Shown here: positions 8,888 through 17,430 of the stretch, piece after piece
How the letters are laid out: every line of letters begins with the position of its first letter
Position numbering within the stretch: the first letter of the stretch is position 1
DNA from: Candidatus Micrarchaeota archaeon
Lineage (GTDB): Archaea > Micrarchaeota > Micrarchaeia > Micrarchaeales > CABMGC01
Reading direction: 5' to 3'
Assembly: GCA_027365175.1 (NCBI GenBank)
Contig: DAHXNY010000001.1
Location: forward strand, 51,052-115,051
DNA length: 64,000 nucleotides
Translations under genes and position numbers: made by a program
Notes under the pieces: generated by a model
Databases searched by the model: none
What the model saw: the letters and a program-made list of their open reading frames with translations, nothing else
What the model was told of the DNA's origin: nothing

Positions 8888-8981
8888 ATGATTTATAGGG
8901 ATTAAGTTGCTTTATTTATATGAGTTTCTGTTTAACGGACTTATTTTATATAGCAGTTAATATAATATTATATGTGATTTT

Positions 8982-10283
8982 ATGGATCTTGGAGAAGGCC
9001 TTAGGAAAGCTATCGCAAAACTCAGCGGAGCTACCATAATAGACGCCAGGACCATACGCGAATTCAACAAGGAGCTTCAGCGCGCACTGATATCTTCAGA
9101 CGTGGAGCTCAACCTGGTGATGGCGCTTACCGGCAAGATAGAGAACGCGGCGCTTAAGGAGAAGCTCCCTGACGGGATAAGCCCTAAGGAGTACATAACC
9201 AACATGGTCTACGAGGAGCTTGTGAACCTCATGGGAAAGGATTACTCTCCTGAGATAAAGCCTAAGCGCATACTGCTCATGGGGATATACGGATCGGGTA
9301 AGACCACAACCACAGGAAAGCTTGCTAAATTCTATCAGGACAGAGGCCTGGGCGCAGGAGTAATATGCTGTGACATATCAAGGCCTGCCGCTTATGAGCA
9401 GCTGGAGAGCGTGGCCAAGCAGGCAGGAGTGGGATTCTACGGGATAAAGGGCGGAAAGGATGTAAAGGAGATTGTTAGCAAAGGATTGGAAGAGCTGAAG
9501 AACAAGAAGGTAATCATATGCGATTCTAGCGGAAGGAGCGGTATGGATGCGGAGATGATAACGGAGCTTAAGGAGATTGATGCCTCATTCAGGCCGGATG
9601 AAAGGTTCCTTGTGATAAATGCAGATATAGGACAGGTTGCAGGAAGGCAGGCGCGCGAGTTCGGCTCTGCCGTCGGAATAAACGGAGTGATAGTTACAAA
9701 GATGGATGGGTCTGGAAGAGGAGGGGGAGCACTCAGCGCTGTGAATGAATCCGGAGCCAAGGTAGCTTTCATAGGCACAGGAGAGAAACTTGCAGACCTG
9801 GAGCTTTATGATTCGAAGAAATTTGTCGGCAGGCTGCTGGGAATGCCTGACATAGAGTCGCTTATTGCAAAGGTAAACGAGGCGGCGAAGAGCGTCGGCG
9901 TGAAGGAGATGACTGATATAAACGAACTTAACTTTGACATGTTCTACCAGCAGTTAAAAGCGATGTCAAAGATGGGGCCCATGAAGAACGTATTGGGAAT
10001 GATGGGCCTTGCGGATGTTCCCAAGGAGATGGTAGAAGGAGGTGAGAGCAAGCTTAAGATTTACGAGTCTATAATAGGGTCTATGACAAAAGCGGAGAGG
10101 AACGATGAGAAATTGGTCAGGAATCCGGATAGGATAAGAAGAATCGCAAAAGGAAGCGGGAGGACGGAAAAGGACGTGAGAGGTTTGCTGAATGACTTCA
10201 ACAGGATGAAGAAGATTGCAGGACTTATGAAGAATGACAGGGCATTCAAGAAAAACTTCTCAAAATTTGCAGGAATGAAATGA
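8982..10283 (+). CDS. srp54: signal recognition particle protein SRP54
   Basis: GTPase motifs GIYGSGKTTT, DSSGR and TKMDG, plus a Met-rich M domain. SD GTGA lies 4 nt upstream of the ATG. Confidence 0.95.
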   Translation: MDLGEGLRKAIAKLSGATIIDARTIREFNKELQRALISSDVELNLVMALTGKIENAALKEKLPDGISPKEYITNMVYEELVNLMGKDYSPEIKPKRILLMGIYGSGKTTTTGKLAKFYQDRGLGAGVICCDISRPAAYEQLESVAKQAGVGFYGIKGGKDVKEIVSKGLEELKNKKVIICDSSGRSGMDAEMITELKEIDASFRPDERFLVINADIGQVAGRQAREFGSAVGINGVIVTKMDGSGRGGGALSAVNESGAKVAFIGTGEKLADLELYDSKKFVGRLLGMPDIESLIAKVNEAAKSVGVKEMTDINELNFDMFYQQLKAMSKMGPMKNVLGMMGLADVPKEMVEGGESKLKIYESIIGSMTKAERNDEKLVRNPDRIRRIAKGSGRTEKDVRGLLNDFNRMKKIAGLMKNDRAFKKNFSKFAGMK

Positions 10284-10348
10284 AAAAAGAAGAAAAGAAA
10301 AGAGATAAAGGATGAAAAAAAGAAAATGAAAAAAACTTCATCCTTAAA

Positions 10349-10414
10349 TTATCTCTTTCTCTTTGGCTTTGCTTTCTTGGCCTTTGACTTAGCCTTTTTC
10401 TTTGCTTTTGCCAT
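10349..10414 (-). CDS. candidate 21-aa lysine-rich micro-ORF (MAKAKKKAKSKAKKAKPKRKR)
   Basis: An ATG..TAA ORF below the ORF-track cutoff in the 248-nt gap after srp54. A/T-rich TATA-like sequence lies upstream on the minus strand. There is no homology support. Confidence 0.15.
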   Translation of the reverse strand: MAKAKKKAKSKAKKAKPKRKR

Positions 10415-10531
10415 TTTATTCACGGTATAAATGAAGTTAAGCATATATTTAAAAGATAATTTTAGTAATATTGAGTACGATAAAAGGTTTTTACGTCCGT
10501 AAAATGTTTTTATCTGAATACAAGTGATAAT

Positions 10532-11644
10532 TTGTCCGACAAAGAAGCTCTAAAGAAGAAACTTGAGGAGCTTGAGAAGGAGTACAGCGGAACCAAGTAT
10601 AATAAGGCAACAAACAAGCACCTTGGCATACTCAGGGCGAAGATATCCGACATTAAAGAGCAGATGGAAAAGAAGAGTGGGAAGAAAGGGCAGGGCTTCT
10701 CCATTAGGAAAAGCGGCAACGCGACCGTGTGCATGGTAGGGTTCCCTAACGCAGGCAAGTCTTCAACGCTGAACGCACTTACAGGAGTAGAGTCAAAGGT
10801 AGCAGGGTATGCTTTCACAACTCTGGACGTGATTCCGGGCAGCCTTGGTTACAAGGGCGCCACTATACAGATATTTGACCTGCCAGGGATAGTGGAGGAA
10901 GCACATGAAGGAAAAGGCAGAGGAAGGGAGATAATAAGCGTCATGCGCTCTGCGGACCTTATCTTGTTTGTCGTCGATATAAACGATTACAACGGGGTAT
11001 TCAAGCTCATTGAAGAGTTGAAACTCGGGAAGATAAGGGTCAATTCAAAAAAGCCTTTGATAAGAGTTGAGAAGAAACCTTCCGGAGGAGTTACTGTATC
11101 TTCTAGCTTTGGGAAGGTGCCGCCTCGTGAAAAAATACTCGATTCCCTTAACAGGCACAAGATATTCAATGCAAATGTTTACCTCAATGGGGACTGTTCA
11201 GAAGAAGAGTTTGAGGAGTTCCTTGATGGCCAGGTCATGTATCTGGATGCGGTGATTGCAGTAAACAAGATAGACCAGAAGACCGATGCCGATGTTAAAA
11301 GGGTTGTTGCTGAGGTGGAGAAGAAGAGCGGGATGCGCGCTGTGCCAATAAGCGCAGAGTATATGACAAATATAGACGTGCTTAAGGAAACCATCTTTGT
11401 CTCTTTAGGACTGATAAGAATTTACCTCAGGCCGAAGGGAGGAATTGCGGACTTTGAAAAACCTCTTGTCCTTGACCAAGGAAGCACGGTACTGGATGCT
11501 GCCAAAAAGCTGAATTCCAAAACCGCAAAAGATGCCGTTTGCGCTTATGTCACCGGACCCAGTGCAAAATTCAAGGCCCAGAGGATGGGGATAGAGCATG
11601 TACTCATGGATGGGGACATTGTCACTCTTGTCTATAGGAAATAG
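10532..11644 (+). CDS. DRG/Obg-family GTPase with C-terminal TGS domain
   Basis: G1 GFPNAGKSST, G3 DLPGI and G4 NKID motifs. The C-terminal TGS-like segment is IRIYLRP..GDIVTL. TTG start. Confidence 0.85.
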   Translation: MSDKEALKKKLEELEKEYSGTKYNKATNKHLGILRAKISDIKEQMEKKSGKKGQGFSIRKSGNATVCMVGFPNAGKSSTLNALTGVESKVAGYAFTTLDVIPGSLGYKGATIQIFDLPGIVEEAHEGKGRGREIISVMRSADLILFVVDINDYNGVFKLIEELKLGKIRVNSKKPLIRVEKKPSGGVTVSSSFGKVPPREKILDSLNRHKIFNANVYLNGDCSEEEFEEFLDGQVMYLDAVIAVNKIDQKTDADVKRVVAEVEKKSGMRAVPISAEYMTNIDVLKETIFVSLGLIRIYLRPKGGIADFEKPLVLDQGSTVLDAAKKLNSKTAKDAVCAYVTGPSAKFKAQRMGIEHVLMDGDIVTLVYRK

Positions 11645-11679
11645 TATACCAATAAATCCTTTTCTTAGGATAAATCATT

Positions 11680-12099
11680 ATGCCTATAAAGTATTGGGAG
11701 TATGAGGATGCGCCCCTCAAGGAGAAACTCAAGGACATAAGTGTTAAGCATGTCGCGAAGATATATTTTGAGAATGAGACCAAGGCCTACAGGTTCGCAC
11801 GTGCGCTTTACGAGGTCAAAGAGAGGAAGGAACTGCGGCTAAGAGACTGCCCCGACGATCTGCCACAGGCTACATGGAAGAGGTATCTTGATTATGGAGT
11901 CACTGTAGGGATACTGAAGCATGAATCAGGCATGTATAGCTTTACCGACAGGTATTCCAAGCCTTTGAGGAACATTGCAACATACATAGGAGAATGGATA
12001 AGCTCGGACAAGAAGGAGGATCTCGGAATCGTGTTTGCTAGCGCAAAGACTGGAAGGCAGGTGAAGCGTGGAGGAAGGAATGAGAGTGAAAAGAAGTAG
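11680..12099 (+). CDS. hypothetical protein (possible winged-helix fold, basic tail)
   Basis: 139-aa ORF 35 nt downstream of the DRG GTPase gene. No family recognised. Confidence 0.5.
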   Translation: MPIKYWEYEDAPLKEKLKDISVKHVAKIYFENETKAYRFARALYEVKERKELRLRDCPDDLPQATWKRYLDYGVTVGILKHESGMYSFTDRYSKPLRNIATYIGEWISSDKKEDLGIVFASAKTGRQVKRGGRNESEKK

Positions 12100-12101
12100 C
12101 T

Positions 12102-13541
12102 TCAGTTGACATAGTACCACAGGGTGCCGTACCTGCTATCCTCTATCTTCAACGAATAGTTATCCAGCAGCTTGTTCCTTATCACATCTGCTTCTTCGTA
12201 CTTCTTCTCCGTCCTTAATCTGTTCCGCTCTTCTATAAGCTTGCGCTCTTCGCCACCTATTGCCCGCTTGTACTTTCCATCCTCGAATATGCCTATGACT
12301 GAAGAGAGCTCGACCACCTTTGATACTGCGTTCTTCTTTGCTGCGCTGTTCAAGGTAGTATTGGTCTCTGCGATCTTCCTGAAATCCTCTATTGCAGAAT
12401 GGAGCTTGGTCAATGCAAGAGGAGTATTGAAATTGTCATTCATAGCTTCCGTGAATTCCTTTTCCAGGAATGCAGTTACTTCCTGCAGCTCACTGGCAGA
12501 GTCGTCATCTTCGGTTTCACCGGCGTTGTATAGCATGCTCATTGACGATCTTAGGAAGTTGAGCATGCTCGCCGTCTCTTCGAGAAGGCTTTCCCTGTAC
12601 TCCATGTCCTTGATATAGTGCGTCCTTGCGACCATCAGCCTTATCGTCTCCGGATCGTATTTCTCAAGTGCCTGCCTTATTGTAACGAAATTGTGCAGGC
12701 TTTTGGACATCTTGTCCTCGCCTACATTCATAGTGCCCGCATGTATCCAGTATCTTACGAATGGCTTAACCCCGAATGCTGCTTCCGCCTGTGCTATCTC
12801 ATTTGAATGGTGAGGGAAGATCAGCTCTCTCGCCCCTCCGTGTATATCGTATGTGGCTCCGAATATCGCGTGTGTCATTGCAGTATCTTCTATGTGCCAG
12901 CCTGGCCTGCCTTCGAACTCCTTTGATTTGCCATGCAGGTTGAGAGTTATCTTCCATGACGGCTCCCCGGGTTTTGCTGCCTTCCATAATGCAAAATCAT
13001 ATTCGTGCCTCTTGCCTGCCTTGGGTTCTATCCTGTGCTTTTCCAGCTCCTCAAGCTTCATTCCTGAAAGTTTGGTGTAGTCGGGGAACTTTGCAACATC
13101 GTAGTAGATGTCGCTGTCGAGTTCGTATGCATATCCCTTATCTATAAGGAGCTGTATCTGCAGCTTTATCTCATCCATGTAGTCATGGGATTTCAGATAC
13201 TTGTCCACATTCTTAGTGACTCCGAGCTTCTCCATATCTTCCATTAGGCGCTGCATATAGAGATTTGACAGCTCTTCGGGAGATACATTCCTTTCATGAG
13301 ACCTCCGGATTATCTTGTCATCTACATCGGTTATGCTTTGGATATAATTCACAGTATATCCTGAATGCCTCAGCCACCTGACTATTATGTCGTAATTTAT
13401 GTACGCCTTTGCATGCCCCAGGTGCGCATCGTCATATACGGTCTGGCCGCATACAAAGATATTTACCTTCCCGCTTGGAAATACAAGAAGGTCGTTGCTT
13501 CTCGTCAAGGTATTATACGCGGTTATTTTGTTTTCAGCCAT
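12102..13541 (-). CDS. cysS: cysteinyl-tRNA synthetase
   Basis: HIGH-type motif HLGHAKAY, KMSKS motif (DKMSKSLHN) and the class I CysRS pattern over 479 aa. Confidence 0.95.
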   Translation of the reverse strand: MAENKITAYNTLTRSNDLLVFPSGKVNIFVCGQTVYDDAHLGHAKAYINYDIIVRWLRHSGYTVNYIQSITDVDDKIIRRSHERNVSPEELSNLYMQRLMEDMEKLGVTKNVDKYLKSHDYMDEIKLQIQLLIDKGYAYELDSDIYYDVAKFPDYTKLSGMKLEELEKHRIEPKAGKRHEYDFALWKAAKPGEPSWKITLNLHGKSKEFEGRPGWHIEDTAMTHAIFGATYDIHGGARELIFPHHSNEIAQAEAAFGVKPFVRYWIHAGTMNVGEDKMSKSLHNFVTIRQALEKYDPETIRLMVARTHYIKDMEYRESLLEETASMLNFLRSSMSMLYNAGETEDDDSASELQEVTAFLEKEFTEAMNDNFNTPLALTKLHSAIEDFRKIAETNTTLNSAAKKNAVSKVVELSSVIGIFEDGKYKRAIGGEERKLIEERNRLRTEKKYEEADVIRNKLLDNYSLKIEDSRYGTLWYYVN

Positions 13542-13546
13542 TATTA

Positions 13547-14314
13547 TCAGCCGCTGCTAGAGAGGTTTGCGTTTACCAATATTCTCGGTGTCTGTACAGG
13601 AGACGAGCCGAGGTAGAAGTTTCCTGCACTTATATACGAGTACTTTGAGGATATTGAAGCTTCAAGATCCGAGACTATCCTTACGCTGGCATTCTGGCAT
13701 AGGAGAGGGTATAGGTTAATGCTGCCGTTCAGGTAAGTTGTAAAGTAGTTAGAGGTTATGGATGAGTTGAAGGTGTTGAAATATACTCTTTCGAATATAG
13801 AATTGCCAGATATTACTTCCAGGTAAAGTCCTTTGTTCTGCGCAGAGATTATTTTGAAGTTTAGATAAGGCTCGGTTACCAAGAATGGAGCTGACGTCAG
13901 GTTGCCTTGACCTGATACAAATCCCTGGAATGTCGAGGCTACGAAGGTGTTGTTGTACCCTGACCAAGGGGCCCCGTAGTAGTTGTGCTGCTTGTTCTGA
14001 TAAGTAAGATTGAGAGGTGCATTGCCAAAAGCCTTGCCGGTTACATTCCATCCCAAATAAGTGCCTGTGGAGAAATTGCCATTATAGATAGGTGTCACAG
14101 TAGGTGTTGGTGGAACACAGAACGTATATGCGCTTCTTCTGGTAGTGGTGGATGCTGATGATGTGGGTATTGAAGTTGAAGTTGTAGTCGAAGTAGAGGT
14201 CGTTGGAAGTATGTGTATTGCTGCTTTGCCACCTGTGCTTAAATTTAACAACACTGCTATTATTACAAGTATGACGAGAGCTCCTGCGTATATGGTTATT
14301 TTCTTTGTGTTCAT
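13547..14314 (-). CDS. membrane-anchored secreted protein with Ser/Thr linker and jelly-roll-like domain
   Basis: N-terminal TM anchor, then the linker TTSTSTTTSTSIPTSSASTTT. The domain begins NGNFSTGTYLGWNVTGKAFG, a pattern seen in LamG/CBM-like sandwiches. Many N-x-S/T sequons. Confidence 0.6.
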   Translation of the reverse strand: MNTKKITIYAGALVILVIIAVLLNLSTGGKAAIHILPTTSTSTTTSTSIPTSSASTTTRRSAYTFCVPPTPTVTPIYNGNFSTGTYLGWNVTGKAFGNAPLNLTYQNKQHNYYGAPWSGYNNTFVASTFQGFVSGQGNLTSAPFLVTEPYLNFKIISAQNKGLYLEVISGNSIFERVYFNTFNSSITSNYFTTYLNGSINLYPLLCQNASVRIVSDLEASISSKYSYISAGNFYLGSSPVQTPRILVNANLSSSG

Positions 14315-14472
14315 GTAGACATCTTAAGATAAAGATTTTAGTGTATATTTATAAATTATCCCTAATAAGCTTAATAGATATATTGTTTTCATTATTTGTT
14401 ATATTTTAAGTATAATTAGCATTGGTGCTCATTTTGGGAAGCATACCTAGAAAATGGAAAAAGAAAGGAAGA

Positions 14473-14547
14473 ATGCGCTGGAAATGGGTAAAGAAAAGAA
14501 GGAAAAGAATAAAGAGAGCGCAGAAGAGAAGGGTAGGAGACCTTTAA
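14473..14547 (+). CDS. rpl41e: ribosomal protein L41e (eL41), 24 aa
   Basis: This ORF is not in the track. It translates to [24 protein letters not shown], which matches the eL41 pattern M-R-x-K-W-x-K-K-R-x-R-R-L/I-K-R. Confidence 0.6.
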   Translation: MRWKWVKKRRKRIKRAQKRRVGDL

Positions 14548-14549
14548 AG

Positions 14550-15140
14550 TTAGCTAAGCAGGGTTCTTGTCTGATATCTGCCTCTTTTCTTTATTTCGTC
14601 AAGTCTGGAGATCACCTTCAGGTACTCCTTTGAGACTGAGGCGTAGCCCTTCCTGGCATTTGCATAGGCAGCTTTGCTTATGGATCTTTCCAGCAGGAGC
14701 AGGTCCAGTGCCTTCTCCTCCTCGCTGTTGGAGAAATTGCCCAGGCCGAAGTCTATTATGTATGGACCGTCCTTCGTGAGCATAAGGTTTGCTGAGGTGA
14801 AATCCCCGTGGGTTATCCCTTGGGCATGCATATAACCTAGGAACCTGCCGATGGTGCGCATATCTTTTGCAGTAGGTTTTGAATCCTTAAGCAGCTTTCC
14901 CTCTATCTTCTGCATGAATATAGAGTATTTGCCTGTTGCAGCCACTCCTGGTACGGCTGCGCCTGCCTTTTTTGCCAAGACCATTAGCTTCGCTTCCCTC
15001 TTCGTTCTCCTCTCCCGGAGTTCTTCGTCTATTCTGGCTATGCGCCATGCCTTCCTGTTTCTTGCCTTTACAAGCAGGGGTTTGCCCGAAAGCCTTATCT
15101 CGAACATTACCGCTTCTGCACCCTCGCTCAGCCTTTCCAT
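14550..15140 (-). CDS. bud32: Bud32/PRPK-type KEOPS kinase
   Basis: Small RIO-like kinase with HGDFTSANLM and IIDFGL motifs. It overlaps kae1 by 13 nt. SD GGTGA lies 4 nt upstream of the ATG. Confidence 0.85.
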   Translation of the reverse strand: MERLSEGAEAVMFEIRLSGKPLLVKARNRKAWRIARIDEELRERRTKREAKLMVLAKKAGAAVPGVAATGKYSIFMQKIEGKLLKDSKPTAKDMRTIGRFLGYMHAQGITHGDFTSANLMLTKDGPYIIDFGLGNFSNSEEEKALDLLLLERSISKAAYANARKGYASVSKEYLKVISRLDEIKKRGRYQTRTLLS

Positions 15141-16099
15141 AGCTTCACCTCGTCAATCCTGTACCTCTGTTCTATATTGCATTCCTGCAGCTTCGCTTTT
15201 GTCCCGTGCGCAAGCATCTGCTCTGCTACAAGAGCTATCATCGCACCGTTGTCCGCATTGAAGGGGTCTTCAGCATATCCGAATCTTATGTGATGCTCCT
15301 CTGCCATCCCATTTAGCATGCGCTTCAGCCTTTTTGACTGTGCAACTCCTCCGCATACGCACAATTCCTTGGAGTTTGTCAGGAGCAGCGCACGCTCCGT
15401 GGCCTCTGTGAGCATAGCATATGCAGTCTCCTGCACCGAGAAGCATATGTCCTTATTGTCGTGCTTTCCTTTCATCTTTGAAGCGTGCGTCAGAATACCT
15501 GTAAATGAAAAATCCATTCCCTTAACAGTATAGGGCATGTCTATGTATCTGCCGTTCTCTGCAGTCTTTTCCACTGTTGATCCCCATGCAGGATATAATT
15601 CAAGAGACCTTGCAAGCGAATCGAGCATGTTGCCTATCCCTATGTCAAAGGTCTCTCCAAGTATTTTGTATCTGTCGCCGTATTTTTTTAATATCTGTGA
15701 GTTTCCACCGCTTACGTAAAGGGCCAGCGGATCCTTGAGTTTTGCCCTTTTCTTCGCTATCTCAATATGGCCTATCCCATGATTTACGGGGACTATTGGA
15801 ACATTAAGCTTTTTTGCAAGAGTCTTTGCGGAGAGCATGCCTACGTGCAGGCAGTGGCCTATCCCAGGCCCCTTGGTATAACCTATCCCGCTGATGTCCT
15901 TGAAGCTTATCCCTGCCTCCTGCAGTGCTTCTTGTATCACTCCTGCAGCGTTATTCAGATGCGTCTCTGCTACCTCTTTGGGTATCATGCCTTTGCCGCC
16001 TATCTTGTACATGGCCTTTGCATTTGCTATCACTCTTCCGTTATCGACTATACCTACGCCAAATGTATGGGCGCTGCTCTCTATTCCAAGTACTGCCAT
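15128..16099 (-). CDS. kae1: Kae1 tRNA N6-adenosine threonylcarbamoyltransferase
   Basis: Motifs LGIESSAHTFGVGIV and GPGIGHCLHVG. The ORF track begins at TTG 16135. I prefer ATG 16099 (MAVLGIESS), which matches the usual Kae1 N-terminus. Confidence 0.9.
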   Translation of the reverse strand: MAVLGIESSAHTFGVGIVDNGRVIANAKAMYKIGGKGMIPKEVAETHLNNAAGVIQEALQEAGISFKDISGIGYTKGPGIGHCLHVGMLSAKTLAKKLNVPIVPVNHGIGHIEIAKKRAKLKDPLALYVSGGNSQILKKYGDRYKILGETFDIGIGNMLDSLARSLELYPAWGSTVEKTAENGRYIDMPYTVKGMDFSFTGILTHASKMKGKHDNKDICFSVQETAYAMLTEATERALLLTNSKELCVCGGVAQSKRLKRMLNGMAEEHHIRFGYAEDPFNADNGAMIALVAEQMLAHGTKAKLQECNIEQRYRIDEVKLWKG

Positions 16100-16109
16100 T
16101 GAATCAGGA

Positions 16110-17225
16110 TTAATCGTGTAACATGAACGCTTCAAGCTTCTTCTCGAGCTTCTTCTTTGCCTCTCTGTGCTCCTTCATGAATTTGTTTATGCGCATAGAA
16201 AGATCCTTCTTGTGCTCTCCTGCAAGAAGGCTGCCGTCCCTTTCCCCTTCGAATATCGCATTTAGCTTCTTGTCTTCGGGCTCAAACATGTATTTGTAGT
16301 ATTGGCAGACTGCGCATTTGTCCGGGTTTCCGCCATGCTTCTTCTGCAGCTCTATTGTTGCCTGCTGTCCGGTTATCGCCTTGTTTACCTTCTTCACAAC
16401 TGTAGCTTCATCATCAGAGAGATATATCGTATCGTTAGGGTCGCTTGATGACATCTTCGGGTTCATTGAGAGCCCGGGCATGAACTTCGATACTAGAGAT
16501 GCAGGCTTGTAATAACCAAGTTTCGATATGGCATTCCTTGCTACCCTGAAGTGCACATCCTGATCAACCCCCATAGGTATCAGGCATGGCACATTCTTCT
16601 CTGCCTGCACCGACTTCAAGAATGCAGGTACTGCCTGGAATGATGTGTAGAATAGCGCGCCTATGTTTGTGTCATTGCCAAATCCGAACGCATCCTTTAT
16701 TATCGAGTAAGTTATGTACTTAGAGACACGGACTGCCTGCTTGTACAGGGTCTTTGCGTACTCGGTATCAAGGAATATCTGCGTCTTCCTGCTGTCGAAT
16801 CCCAAGGCAGCTATGTCCAGCGCATCCTCCATGGCAAGCGTATGCCCGTTATCTAGTGTGAATGCAGGATTGCGCTTGACAAGGAACTTCTCCTCGTCAG
16901 GTATCATTATGAGAACCTCGGCTCCGAATCTGTCCTGAAGCCATTTTGCCATCTGGAACTGCATTGTTTGCGCTATAGTCATTCCTCCCGAAGGAGCTAT
17001 GCCAGTATAAACGTAGAATTTGTCTCCTTTTTCATACTGGTCAAGAAGCCAGTTGATATCCCTTTCTGCAAAATATATGCCTCTCCGCAACATATAGTTG
17101 CTGCCCTTTGCCAGTCTCTCCAGTCTCTCTGTGGTTTCACTCGTTAGAGGCTTCAGCCCGAAATCAGTAATTACTTTGGTGTAGTCTATGTCTCCTTTGA
17201 CTTCGTATGGGTTTACGGTCTGCAT
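16110..17225 (-). CDS. trpS: tryptophanyl-tRNA synthetase (archaeal/eukaryotic type)
   Basis: Class Ic architecture with a YTGIAPSG region and KMSSS (a KMSKS variant). 371 aa. TyrRS is not fully excluded. Confidence 0.8.
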   Translation of the reverse strand: MQTVNPYEVKGDIDYTKVITDFGLKPLTSETTERLERLAKGSNYMLRRGIYFAERDINWLLDQYEKGDKFYVYTGIAPSGGMTIAQTMQFQMAKWLQDRFGAEVLIMIPDEEKFLVKRNPAFTLDNGHTLAMEDALDIAALGFDSRKTQIFLDTEYAKTLYKQAVRVSKYITYSIIKDAFGFGNDTNIGALFYTSFQAVPAFLKSVQAEKNVPCLIPMGVDQDVHFRVARNAISKLGYYKPASLVSKFMPGLSMNPKMSSSDPNDTIYLSDDEATVVKKVNKAITGQQATIELQKKHGGNPDKCAVCQYYKYMFEPEDKKLNAIFEGERDGSLLAGEHKKDLSMRINKFMKEHREAKKKLEKKLEAFMLHD

Positions 17226-17398
17226 AGATATACATAGTATAGATTATCTTATAATACATATTCTTACTTCAATTAAGAGATAGGTACGCTTCCTTGCTGC
17301 ATTTCCATAGTCTTCCGTTTCAGACATTATTTTTTGACAAAATGTTCCCTTATCTAATATTAGGTATTTGTCGTTGGTAATTCCTGAAATAGAAGATA

Positions 17399-17411
17399 GG
17401 TATTTAAATTA
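17399..17411 (+). promoter_or_regulatory. TATA-box-like element (ggtatttaaatta) upstream of the large surface-protein gene
   Basis: The element centre lies about 26 nt upstream of ATG 17431, consistent with a leaderless or near-leaderless archaeal transcript. Confidence 0.4.
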
Positions 17412-17430
17412 TGGTTTTTAGAGTATATAG

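Noticed and set aside
14315-14472. ~150-nt very AT-rich intergenic stretch as an alternative DNA-unwinding element or origin.
   Set aside because: It has no flanking inverted boxes or GTGGAA-type motifs. It is adequately explained as a divergent promoter region for 13547..14314 and rpl41e.
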